Source: Lepidodermella squamata (taxonomy: Eukaryota > Animalia > Gastrotricha). Taken from it: DNA of 64,000 nt. Position 1 is the first letter of the stretch. Each line of letters begins with the position of its first letter. Of the stretch, positions 1-13,919 are shown piece after piece. A model generated the notes under the pieces. It had not been told where the DNA came from and ran no database searches. It saw only the letters and a program-made list of their open reading frames with translations. The position numbers and the translations under genes are program-made. Where the stretch lies: contig JBLDXI010000017.1 in assembly GCA_047495785.1 (NCBI GenBank), positions 3,286,001 through 3,350,000 of the forward strand, written 5' to 3'.

Positions 1-2161
1 ACCGGTTCTCGATGAAATCGATCGACTGTTAACTGACGACCAGCCATCGTCCGCTCCCTGCTCGCAAGCGACTGCTGCAGAGTTGTTCGCTGCTGTGATC
101 AGAGCGTCGAAATTCTGGCCCTACGACGTCATCAAACGAGCTTCAACTCGTCTTATCAGTTCGCTGGAAGTAGCTCTTCGCGACATGACCGCTGATTGGG
201 AAGACTGCTGGATCAGCTGTTTCTCGACGCTAGCTGTAAGTTACCCGCAATTGATAGCAATAATACGAGAAGAATTAAGGTGGTAGCGTAAGGAATGTAG
301 CCCGCTGAAATTTCAGACGCGGTTGTTGATGATGATGTATGTTGTTGATTTTGCCCTGCCTTACGTTATGTTAGTCATTTGAGCGATTGTACCGACGATT
401 CGGTCGTTTGAATCGACACCGAACGATGACGACGCTCATGTCGTTGTCAGCGCGAAACGTTGGCCAACGCCTCGCGCGGGCAATGGGCGGTCGCAGCGGA
501 CGCCAGGCACAGTTGTTGCGGCGCAGAATTGACGCGTCAACCAAGTCGGTGCACAGCGGGCTCCGGTGCAAGTACTTTGGCATGGTGGCGGTACGTCCTT
601 CCTTGCTACTTGTTGTCTACGTTCATCATCTTCATGAAATTTATGCTTCGCGCCGCATCTTTTCGGAATTTTGGGTCGCCTAAAACTTGAAAATTCCTAG
701 TTACATTCATTTATGCTAGTAAAATTCCAGCAGCTTCCGTTTTATTCACCACTTGATTATTTTTAAATTATTTATAATTTGTTATTAAGGGGGATTTAGA
801 CCCTCGCCGAATCAATTGGTTGATTCAGTGGCTGCTGAATGATTGGCAGAACGGCAGTGCCACGTCGTCGAGTTCCGAGCGTTCGGCGGCTGCCGAGGCA
901 ACCCGGCTATCACTCCTGCAATCCATCGTGGAACAAACTGAGTGGCGGGCTCCTGCTCTGAAGGCGCTGATGTTCAATAAGCTCATCGCAGGCACTTCCT
1001 CGCCGTACAAAACAGTGCGTCACCGCGCGGGTCAATTCATCGCCAGTATTCTCACCACAGATCCTACCTGGTTTTCTGGTGCTAACTCGATCAGTGTGCT
1101 GCCAACCTGGGAACTCCTCTGCAAACAAGTCGGTGTCCCGATGGCTGAATGGGTCTCAAGTATCGGCTCATCCTCCAGTTCACAAATGCAAGTCGACGGT
1201 GTTGTTACGAGTGCAGAAGCTGTTAAACAGGCAATTTTGACATCCCCGGAATTCTGCCGATGCAAATTACTGATGGAAGTCATTAACGCAAGTGTTGGTG
1301 CTGTCGTCACCAAGATCCCGACATGTCTCCTCGAACTGATGCCTACATTTGTCGCCCTGGATGCAATCGCTATCGGCATCGACGATGAGCTCAGAACTCT
1401 TGCAATAACCAGCAGTGGTGAGATTTTTTAAATTTAAATCCAATTCTGGTTTTACGAAGTTATGAAATTTAGCAATTCTTGGCATGGGCCGCTTGAATGG
1501 CGATGAGTTAAAGGCCAAAGCCTTGGATATTATCGACTCACTGTGCAGAAACCACCCGTCATGGCAAACACGTCGCCAAGCTCTTTGTGTGCTTCAGGTA
1601 ATTTTATACTTAGCAAATTTTTCCGGATATTCATTTCATTTTATTTTCCAGGTCTCTGTTTTTCACAATTTGTACGAACTGTCGATTACGTCGACATCTG
1701 CTAACAAGATTTGCACACTTCTTGTCGCGTGTTTGGATGACTCGACTGTCGAGGTGCGTGAAATGGCGTCAGTAACCCTCTCCGGGCTGTTGCAGTGCGG
1801 TTTCCTGAAGCCTACCCAGGAGCTGGTGACATCTTTCCACGCGGCCGCGCGTACCAGCGTCGGTCGGATCGGCGAGGCCAATCGTGACGCGGCGATTCGC
1901 CGACGCCACGCCGGGGTCCTCGGCTTAGCAGCTATCATCACGGCGTTCCCGTATTCTGTTCCCAAATTTCTGCCTTCAGTATTGATTTCGCTCACCGATC
2001 ACGTCAGCGACCCGCCTCCGATCGCAGCAACGGCGCGACGTGCTCTGACAGACTTCCGCCGCACACACCACGACCAGTGGTTCGTGCACCGTGAAAATTT
2101 CACTGAGGACCAATTGGCCGCGCTCAGTTCGGTGCTTGTCTCGCCTAATTACTACGCCTGA
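1..2161 (+). CDS. PSME4: Proteasome activator PA200/Blm10, 3' portion (runs off the window start; introns about 236-788, 1418-1472, 1598-1651)
   Basis: C-terminus RRHAGVLGLAAIITAFPYSVPKFLP...DFRRTHHDQW...FTEDQL...VSPNYYA matches the PA200 C-terminal domain with its YYA proteasome-docking tail. The exons join in frame (CFSTLA|GDLDPRRINWL). Confidence 0.93.
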
Positions 2162-2877
2162 TCACGGGCGATTTTCGGTAGAGGGACTGTTCTTAATTTA
2201 CGAATTTCTGCTATTACAACTCAACGTGCTTAAAAATAGCCACATAGCATCTCTTTGCTGAAGAATGTAAACAACAGCTTTGTGTACAAGAATTTTTAGC
2301 CTGATTTCTATAATAATTGTAGAATAATTGCGAAAGTTGTGTAATTATTAATTATTGTTAATCTGAATAAAATGCAATGATGAATCACTTCGAGTTCGAA
2401 GTTGTCTTAATTGCCATTATTCCAGCTTTTTTCGTGTGAAAAACGAATTGTAACGCTTTATTGTATTTAATATTATCACTGGAAACAAATGAGCTAGATC
2501 TAATCTAATCATTTTATCATCTCTGGTGGAACTGGCCTTCTTCAAACCAGCGCAGCGGCCAGATTGCATGGGTGATATTGTCAAGATATGAATGTTGACT
2601 CTAAATTAAAATTACCCTGACTCTTAAACTATTGTAAAAACAAACAAGCTTTTCTATTCGAAAATTGCATCAATATTTCTGAAAATAATTATATAAATCA
2701 AACGGGATGATGAAAAATAAACTCGAAAATGTCAAGTCTCATGCTTTTTATTCAATGTAGTAATAATAAGACCAGCAGGACATGCGATGATTCAAACGAG
2801 ATTCAAGGAATAGAAAGAACATTATCTAGAAGGTACACTTGGCAGTTTGTTAAAATGTGAGATTTTTCGGAGCGGCG

Positions 2878-5352
2878 TTACTTGACGCGGTAGAGAAGTT
2901 TGCGCTGCATACGGTACTGCAGTTCACCGCGACGCAGCATGCACTGAATGACCTTGGTGACGGCATCTTCGCTGAACTTGTGGCTGCTCGTCATTTCAGT
3001 CACAACAGCGGCTTGCGCCACGCAAGATCCGGCGACGAAACGTTGCTTGATGCGCTTCTCAATCTCGCCGAGCAGCTCTTGGTCTTGCTTCGAGGTGAAA
3101 CCCTCGGCGCCTGCCAGGGATCCTGACAAAGCGGCATCGAGAGTGGAAACGTGGAAGAGACGAATCGCCTCGTCGACGTCGGTCTCCGTCGCAAAAGCAG
3201 CCAGGCGCATTTTGGCCAGCGATTCAGAAATGCGAATGACTGCCTCGAGCTGGCGCACCGTGATCGGAATGCTGATCTTCTTCCCGGTCTGGCGCTCATA
3301 GTCGGCAGCTGAGTTACGCATCATCACGTAACGGTTGGCCAACTTGTCAGCAGCAGCGTCCGAAAGACGCGGGCCGCAGGTCGCTCGGCAGTAGGCGATG
3401 AACGCCTTCAACGTCGCCAGATCGAGCTCGGTCAGGGTCGAGGCATGAGCAACCGACCAGTTAGTAGAATGCGTGTTGTTAGAATTCGTAGGCATGATGC
3501 GAGACGAAGCACCGCTGTTCATGTGGACACCCACGACGAAACGGCAAAGGTTCTAAAATAAAATTAAAATTAATAAATTGATAATTAATTGGAAAAATCG
3601 ACAGTACCATGTCTCGCTGCTCGTCATGCTCATCTCGAACAATGAAGATCATGTCGAAACGGGACAGAATGGTAGGCATAAAGTCGATGTTTTCGGCACC
3701 ACGCAGGTCGTCCCAGCGGCCGAAAACACTGTTAGCAGCAGCTAGCACAGAGCAACGGCTGTTTAGAGTTGTTGTGATACCGGCCTTCGCAATCGAAATT
3801 GTTTGCTGTTCCATGGCCTCGTGGATCGCAACACGGTCGTCCTCGCGCATTTTGTCGAACTCGTCGATGCAAATGACGCCGCCGTCCGCCAGAACCATGG
3901 CGCCGCCTTCGACGACGAAGTTGCGGGTTGACGGGTCGCGGATGATACTGGCAGTCAAACCAGCCGCTGAGCTGCCCTTGCCAGACGTGTACACAGCGAT
4001 TGGCGAACACTGCTCGACGAATTTCAGCAACTGCGACTTGGCAGTACCAGGGTCGCCGAGTAGCAACACGTTGATATCACCACGACGAGGCAAGCCATCG
4101 GGCAGAATTTTACGAGCGCCTCCAAACAGCAAGCAGGCGACTGATTTCTTTACATCATTCAGGCCGAAAATCGACGGAGCCAAGCTTTTCGCGATCAGAT
4201 CATAAATATCAGGACGAGCGGCCAGAGTTTGGAAGAACTGCTGGCGGGAATCAGCGTACCATTGTTGCGAGCCGCTGCGACCAGGTCCTTCAGTTCCGAT
4301 CTCGATACCAATTGCGCGGAGATAAGGTTGACGCACGTTGTTGTTATTGTTGCCGCCACGGCCCCTGTCCTTACCACCCATATTTGGCTTCTTCATGCAG
4401 AAAATGCCCATTACGGTGATACGATTGCCAGGCACCGCTCGATCGCACAGATATCTCTCGCTGTAGACGGTCAAGTGACGCGAGGTTTCACCACTAGGCA
4501 CAGATTCTGGCAACTCCTGAAGCTTCAAGACTTGCATATCGACACAGCGCGATTTCGTCGCGACAATGAAATACGGGTCGATCGGGCAACGGGCACGTCC
4601 AGCCACACCGACAACATCCCTGTTAATTAGAAACAGATTAAATTCGGCTAATGTGAGAAACTTCAAGGCTTACGCGGCACATTTACGTGGCAGCATAAAA
4701 CCTTCCAGACCGCGCTTGATCGGAATGTTGTTCAAGAACGACTTACAGCCGCGGCATTGCAGGGTCAGATGAGTTGCTTTGACGCGGACACTCGACGCGG
4801 CGATTACAATGCCGTTAATTTTGACGAGTTGGCTCATGTTAGCGGCTTGAATCATGCGGATGCCAACAGCATTAGATTCGTCGCGGAGTAGCACCTGTAT
4901 ATCCTTGACTTCTTCTTCACCTTCACGGCGTGGCCGAGTGACTTCATCGGCAACTTCTTTCGCAGCCTCCTCAAATATTTCGATGGCATCTGTTGGGCTG
5001 TCACGAAGCTTGTCACTAAGACGTTGATAATTGGCGTTGTGAGCTTGAGCCTCGCTTCGCATTTGAGCTTCATCGTGGCTCTGCAGGTCATCGACCGAAA
5101 CTTCGATCCAATACTGGCCTCGGTTGTAATTGGTCTTCAGCTGATCACTAGTATCAAACCAGTATTATTTTTTTCAACATTGTTTTTTCAATATTACCGG
5201 TAAGTAAAGGTTTGCTCGCGTTCACGGAAGTTGCGGAGAAAATCTTTGAATTCGCGGCGATACAACTGGCGAGTAAACGCCTTCGGATCTTGAGCGCCAT
5301 CTGAAGCGAAAGATTCGCTGAAAAAGATCTCGCGCTCATCTAGAGCAGCCAT
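2878..5352 (-). CDS. MCM5: DNA replication licensing factor MCM5 (4 exons)
   Basis: Walker [40 protein letters not shown], arginine finger SRFD, zinc finger CRGC...C...C. Start [12 protein letters not shown] at 5352; C-terminus RKLLYRVK. Confidence 0.97.
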
Positions 5353-5614
5353 GATTCAACTTTGGAACTATAAATTGCTAAACGACAGAAATACATATTG
5401 AATTGATACCCAGAAAATAAATCCAGTTAAAAGCATGCTAAAGGTTTTATTGTAGACTTTTCTAAACAATCATGCACATGCACGGAATTATCAGATGCGA
5501 TAGATCATCGTCACTTGTCGTAACATGCTAGATAAGATGCGATAGCTCATCGTCACTTTTCGATATGCACGCTTGGTGTAACTAGCTAGAACCGGTTGAA
5601 TTCACCAGGATATT

Positions 5615-7021
<1,407 letters not shown>

Positions 7022-7145
7022 TTAATGCTTAATATTGACTGCAAATTGCCAAACGTGGCGCAAGCAGGAATAATTAGTGACTGACGATCAGCTGAATCTG
7101 GTGTGGGATCGACAACACAAGTGGCGCCAGGTGATGAAGCATTTA

Positions 7146-7162
7146 GGCGGGAAAATTTTGAA
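7146..7162. promoter_or_regulatory. Putative E2F site adjacent to a CHR-like element (GGCGGGAAA..TTTGAA)
   Basis: Reads TTTCCCGCC on the minus strand, 2 nt from TTTGAA, about 180 nt upstream of the tubulin ATG. Confidence 0.45.
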
Positions 7163-8810
7163 GATCAAAAATTTACAAATGCTTATAGGTAATGGGTGAT
7201 CGACAGAATATATTTTACGTCACAGTGTAAAAATACTGTCAATGTATAGATTTTATCAAAATTTCAAATTCCGAATCACGCGCTCTTTTTTTGAAGCCGC
7301 CTTGCCTATCTATCGAGCTCTCCGTCTGATGTTCGAGTTGTCCCTCTTGTCTATTACCTGTGACGATGTAACCTGTAAGCTGCATACGCTGAAGGGTGCA
7401 AAAGTGGCCTGCCGTATCCTCAAAGATCTGTGGCTCCGGATGACCATCAATAAATTACTATCGTCCTCCTTTCTCCTTTCCTCACACTGAGTGCGGCGGT
7501 GTAAAGCCGGAAATCGGAAATGATCATCGTCATGGCACGAATGTGCCCGCAGCCACCGCTTAAGGGTTAAGGGTTAGACGTGAGTGGTCAGTGGTCAGAG
7601 GAACCAACGGAATTGTTTGTCGTCATCCTCATTCAGAGCCCGTTTTGGCGTTCAGAAAAAGGCTGCGCAGCCAGTGCAGTCATCCTGAGATGCTAGTCGG
7701 AATAGCCTCTACACTGATGACTGATGGTCATTTTGTCAATAGCGGCGCCAGCTCAGTCATCACCCTACCCTACCTATCAAATTGTATCAATCTGGTACTT
7801 ATTTGACTGCGCTTTTGGAGATGGAACCCCGCTCAATCTGTCAATTGTGCAAACTTCTCTTCAGGTATAGCTGAGACATTTGCTTGGAAAATTGAATCAG
7901 GAATTGATGTTTTTTACTAGTCAAACACGTTTTAAAGCAGATTTAAGGTCCAGTTCGCAATCGGACTATGGCTATTGTTTGACCATAATTTCTGCGACTA
8001 GGAAATGTTGGGAAGCAAGACCTATGATCTAATGAAACTAGTGGACATTTTAAACCACATGAAATCCATTTACTGGCACGAATACCATACGGGTTGAAAT
8101 GTGAAGCTCCCAGTCATCGTCTTTGTACGCATGGAAATACTCTTAAGTGAAAAAACAGTATTATTGATTAGTGCAATCTCTCAGCTAAAGAGTTCAGGTT
8201 CCCAGTGGATAGTTGAGCCAGTTTCAATGTTTCAAAGTACAATGAGCCTGGAGTATCAAGCACGATTCCATCTTAACAGTAGTAACTTCAGGATTCGGTT
8301 GACGCTAGACCGTTTAACTTACACATGATTTGAGACATGAGGTGCGTCTTATTGGCCTTTGCTGGCATTGGAAATTGGCACTGTTTCTCATTCCTCTGGA
8401 GAGTCAGGAGAGTCTTGAAGGTGTTTCGCTTTTGATGCAGCATGCATTGTGATTTGACTGAAATATTATAATGACGATTGCGCTGTGTTTTATTTTGCAT
8501 ATGTACTTCGCGAGATCTGCTTTGCAACCATGCAAAATAGAAAGCACAATATGACACCATTTCCCTGTCATGGTATGAATTAGCAGAGGCGACATCTAGT
8601 TTGATTTTATTGTCGAGAAACTACAGTGTTTTTTAATTGAAAACATCCAAGTGTCGTAATCCACGTCTTTGGTAGGTTTGAATTCCAATTCCAGACACCT
8701 AAACAGCATGATATATTAGCAGATTATCTATTAGCTGATTTGTGTATTTTTTCACTGCTTAGGTATTTCAAATTACTATTACTTTCAGCAGTTGATCAAC
8801 AGTTTCGTCC

Positions 8811-9295
8811 ATGGTAAGCTCAGGCATGTTTTCAACTATTTACCATTAAACGCTGTTGAACGTTTACAGCCGCATACAATTCTACTCCTCCAAGCCAAGT
8901 CATCGCTTGATTCGCGCGTGTGGTCTGACTATCCTGAAGTCAGCCAATGCTTAGATTGTGAGTTGAATTTTGAAATTTCTGGGACCAGGCACGCTTCCAT
9001 ATTTTCGTAGCAATCACCTACATTTTTGAAGAGCACTTGAAGAAGCTGAACCCAAACAGTGCTCAAATTACCTATGACATCGCCAATTTGTTCGACTTCA
9101 TCGATCAGCTACCCGATCTGAGTGTTCTCGTTCTCAACCCTCGCCACGCCATGTACACTCCACATGATAAAGGTAATTTCGTTTGCATCATGATTTTCTT
9201 CATTTGAATTATTTTATTTCCAACTCCATTTAGAATGGGTAAAACAGCAGCTATTTCTGATGTTCAAGCAGCAAATCGGCGGTGGTGGCCGATAG
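8811..9295 (+). CDS. ERH: Enhancer of rudimentary homolog (divergent); exons 8811-8813, 8870-8957, 9011-9172, 9234-9295
   Basis: Spliced product: MPHTILLLQAKSSLDSRVWSDYPEVSQCLDSITYIFEEHLKKLNPNSAQITYDIANLFDFIDQLPDLSVLVLNPRHAMYTPHDKEWVKQQLFLMFKQQIGGGGR. HTILL, EEHLK.NPNS..ITYDI..LFDFID and W.K are ERH hallmarks. Confidence 0.93.
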
Positions 9296-9735
9296 ATACA
9301 TAGTGTAAAATGGGCCTTCGACAAGCCTTGTTTCTCTTGTGATTTACTCTCTTTATCATTCTAAAGCGCCGCCTATTAGTTTGAAATACTTCAGCTGTGA
9401 ACAATTTTGTTAAATCTGAAGCGAACATATCATCTACATGCTATTACGGTTTGTTGTGGAAAATAAATTGCGAAAAATGAATTGCTGACTTTTTCGGTAG
9501 CGCAGTATGGGAATAATTTTTCCTCAAGGTTCCTTTTCTCACTGATAAGATATCATACAGCTACGCGTTTGATGTGGGCTGCGAATCAATAACCGCTGAG
9601 AACCTTCCACAGGTGGCATGAACATTCTACCTTATCGCATTAATTGCTCAACCCTACCATGCATTTCGACCGGGTTAGTGAGGTCAACGCCTAGTATTGA
9701 ATACCTATTTATTTTAAATCCGAAATGTAATCAAG

Positions 9736-12700
9736 ATGTTGCAGCTTGAACTTTTGTTGTTAATAATTGCGTTTGGGCAAACGTTGAATGCAATTAATTT
9801 ATCTGCAGTCCTAAGATCGCCGATGGAAGATCTTGAAAGCTTTCAAATACCGGCATTCCTGCCTTGCCTTAACGTTTGCCCCAAATTGCCGATTCAGCCT
9901 CCACCTACTGATAATTGCACGCGGTTATCCATCGCGGCGTGCTTGGGCGTTCATTTTAGCTTGGATACCATCGAACACTTTTCCAGTCCGAATAACATTC
10001 GGCTGATAGAAAAGGGACATTCTGTCACTTTAACATGGGAACCAGGGCAGCTTTTGAACGACTCGTATTCGCCACGTTACTCCCCAGCGTATCGCATCGA
10101 AGCGCACAATGCCAGCAATGCGGAGTTCAACTGGCTGCCCGTCGCACTGGTTAGATTCGATTGGAACCTCTCAATTTTTTACGTTTGTTCTTCAACAGAC
10201 ATGTGGAACTACATGGAAGGACGAATGGATGCGACCTATCAAATGCGAAACGCTGCAATTCCGTATTTTGACGATTGGCCAATGCCTTGAACAGGTTGGC
10301 GCTATATCAGAGACTATAAACATGACAGGTAAAATCATGACTGGCATTCGTTCAACCTCACTATGCTGTTGTCTATATTAGGCCTTCGATTGCCACCTCC
10401 AATGTCAAATTTGACGATGTCTCCAGTAAACACTGACTTGGAGGCTGGTGAACGGTACTTTGACATCGAGATTAAGTGGATGACTCAACCAGATGATTGG
10501 ACGGTACCAACAGATGGTTCTCCTAAACTTAAATTGGAGGAAGTATCATGCCCTGTTCAGCCAACTAAAACACCTTACATAACAACCTTGAAGAAACACG
10601 TTTGTTTTATACCGGCTTTTATATTCTAACACGAGTAAAATTGATATTTTATATTCTTTTCAAATTAGAAATGCAAAGGTAACGTTTGTTCCGCTTGGCT
10701 GCACATCCATTATAGCAGTATTGGTTGCGTTCAATCGTACGAATTGATTACGTATTCTGCTTGTCGGACCCAGAGCTCGCTGAAATTTGACTTGGATTTA
10801 ACAGGTAACTCGGGTGTAATAGCAATTTACAAAAAATGAGAGCTATAACTCTGATTCGGCTATTAGACTGTTCTATGGTACCAACAGCCCTGAAAGAATA
10901 TTGCATCGGTGAGTTCAAGAAGAAAAAAGCTAGACTTATGATAAGCTTTCTGCAGTACCGAATGTTGACAGTGAAAGCATTAGTGCTTACGTATTGGAGA
11001 ATAACCTCCAGCGTGGTATCTATGACGGCTCGGAATTCTGCATCATTTGGAACGGCCTTACTAAATCAGCTGAGTACCCAGCTTACCATCACGTTGTCTC
11101 ATGGAAGGTCTCCTATTACGCCCCAGAAGCTAAAAAAATTATTTACATCAATCTAGGCCACAAAACTGTTCCGATGGTAAGTTCGGCTTATTTGTATAAA
11201 ATTGGAATGTTTGACGAGGAACCTTGCTAGGAAAATTCTTCAACGGCCATATCGTGTCAATCTTGCGACCAGAAGCGATTGCACGTCTTAGTATCTGCAG
11301 TTGATGACCGCTTCGGAAACACATACGATCCTTATCCTCAAATACCATGGCCTGCCTGCTTTGATCTAACAGTAGACCCTGCATTAGTGTTCGATTTGGC
11401 TGATGTCGAAATATGTGGGCAGGCAAAAAGCACGAGGAATGCATATAAATTATACCGCATTAAAAACTGCTCCGAGCGAATGCCAGCTCCCCAAACTCCT
11501 CAGCCGACAACCCCAGAATTCATCACCACTGTAACGGAATCATGTAAGGATCAAAACATATGATATGATTAGGAATCGCTCTTCATTGATTATTAGATTC
11601 GGATGCTATAACAGATGGGTCTTTAACTACGGACACGACAGGTCAATACATAAATCCTACATTTACAAGTACCTACAACGGGATTCCTGACAAAATACAG
11701 GACCAACCGCAAGGAACGACGGTTGGAATCGAAATATGGCTTCCGGTCCTTATAGTTGCAATCATATGCACTTCTGGTATTGTGATGTTGTGGTTTTACA
11801 TTAACCGACTTCGCAAACGCGACGGAGCATCGTTAACTTTGGATAAATTGCGCCAAGTGATTTCAGAGGTATCCAATGCCCCATCTAACAACTCCAAGTC
11901 AACAGCTCCAGTAGCTGCGTCTGAATCTTCAAATCGAAGTGGACGTGCTTCTTTAACGCTATCACCAACCAATTCTTTAGCGTCGGGTGACAATTGGGAA
12001 ATAACTTCCAATGCCCTAATGTTTACCGAACTTCTTGGCGAAGGTGCATTCGGCAAAGTCATGAAAGCTAAACTTTCAGGTGCCAACGAAAGTGGTGATA
12101 CGATTGTTGCGGTGAAAATGGTGCCAGAAAATGCCGAACCTACCCTGCTCGAAGACTTTCTGAGTAAGTCATTGAGTCCTTCACCAAGTACAATGGAAAT
12201 AGTGGGGCATATAGGAAAATAACCTGACATGCTAGGGAGAAACAATTTCTTATTTTGCAGCTTCATTATTTATATTATTTTATATTATTTCAGGTGAAAT
12301 AGCTATCACAAAGAGGATGGGACGCCATCCTTGCTTGGTTAACATGGTTGCGTGTATTACTATGACTCAACCTGTCTGCCTGGTGGTTGAATATGCGGAA
12401 AATGGAGATTTGCTGAATTTTTTACACAAGCAGAAAACAATTTTACTCGACGATAAGCGCACACTTCGCGACTTGAACTACGTCGATCTGCTTACATTTG
12501 CCGTACAGGTAGCGCGCGGCATGGAATTCATTTCAAGTCGAGGGTTCATTCACCGTGATCTTGCTTGCCGAAATGTATTGGTTGACGAAAAGCGGAATGC
12601 GAAAATTGGAGACTTCGGCTTAGCGCGGTTCGCCTATCAGGACAACTCAGTCTATGTCACCAGAGTCGGCAGAGCTTTGCCCGTTCGTTGGATGCCTCCT

Positions 12701-13179
12701 GAAGCTATTTACGACCGAAAATTTTCCACCGCTAGTGACATGTATGAGACATGGTATTAAAATCAGCTATTAGGCATTTAACCCTTCTTCATTTCAGCTG
12801 GTCGTATGGCGTGTTGCTGTATGAACTGGTGACCTTGGGTACCCAGCCCTATCAAGGTATCAGTACTCAAGTTCTTGTTCGTGAGCTACGCCACGGCTTT
12901 CACATGGAAAAGCCTGACACAACAAATTGCCCCGATAACCTGTACGAAGTTATGGAAAAATGCTGGGCGTTAAAACCTGACGATCGGCCTTCCTTCTCAT
13001 CCCTGGCAAAGCAATGCAACAAGCTCCTGGAAGCTTGGAATGCATCTTCTTCTGAAGAATATGTAGATCTGTCACTGGCGTCACTTGTTCTATACGAACC
13101 TTCAGCTAACAGCAAGGATAATAAAGGAAACGATGGGCCAGATTTCGATGATATTCAATCCCAATCGAACTTCATTTGA
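9736..13179 (+). CDS. Receptor tyrosine kinase (Ret/FGFR/Torso-like kinase domain, divergent Cys-containing FN3-like ectodomain), multi-exon
   Basis: Signal peptide MLQLELLLLIIAFG. TM helix IWLPVLIVAIICTSGIVMLWFYI followed by NRLRKR (about 11733-11820). Kinase motifs GEGAFGKV, VAVK, HRDLACRN, DFGLAR, LPVRWMPPE. Confidence 0.9.
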
Positions 13180-13919
13180 TCAACCGATATCAACCGCATC
13201 ATTTACGATCTTATTATTGTCACTTTTACTATTTGACCCATTTCAAAACTGCAGTAAAATTCATTAGAAAAACAATAAACGTCATATTATACTAATGATC
13301 AAAATAGTTTCATTACGCGCAGTAGTAAAGGTTTCAATTGTTAGATAAAAATGATCATTCTTAGTAAGAACAGAAACACCGACTCATCTATACATATCCG
13401 CAGTGGCACCGATTTCGCTAAAAAAATATTACGACAATTAGGAGCCGTATATTGATAATAACAACAGCATGGAATAAGACAGGAAAAATGAATCGAAGAA
13501 GCATATTTTGATGCCTGAAATATCATGGTAAAATATTGAATTGAGAAGTCGTCGAACCATGTCCCGAGGATAGAAGCAGCTTCCTCAGGGCACGTTCATA
13601 ACGAACGAATAGCTCGAAAGTATTCAGACACAGTTCTGCTAATTACAGTCATGTCGGTCTGTGACATCGGAGAGAAAGCGATTGGTTGGGATTCGCCAAC
13701 CATTATTCAAGAATATAAATGGGTATTATTGGTATTAGGTACTCCATGCGCCAAATACCTTTATTATGCATATATTGAACAGATTTTGCGGCAAAGCCAC
13801 TTCGGTATAATTCATTAGGTACAATTCCTGTGACGTCTTTGTTGCACAAAGATTTATCGATTGTAAGAGCTGACTATCATAGCTGCCGTTCGCGCACCGA
13901 ACTAGGAGTCATGGGGATT

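Noticed and set aside
3609-4205. Long antisense ORFs over MCM5 (similar ones over tubulin, DDB1, SNRNP70 and the ankyrin gene)
   Set aside because: Shadow ORFs produced by codon bias on the coding strand.
5493-5562. Imperfect direct repeat of about 28 nt in the tubulin 3'UTR
   Set aside because: Two copies only, a simple local duplication; not CRISPR-like.
7560-7577. Telomere-like TAAGGGTTAAGGGTTAG (similar short motifs at about 24630 and 51305)
   Set aside because: Only 2-3 imperfect units; not a telomere, and no support for a telomerase RNA template.
7240-8700. Possible small multi-exon gene between tubulin and ERH (either strand)
   Set aside because: Several splice-like signals are present, but competing exon assemblies on both strands give short products with no recognisable motif; unresolved.
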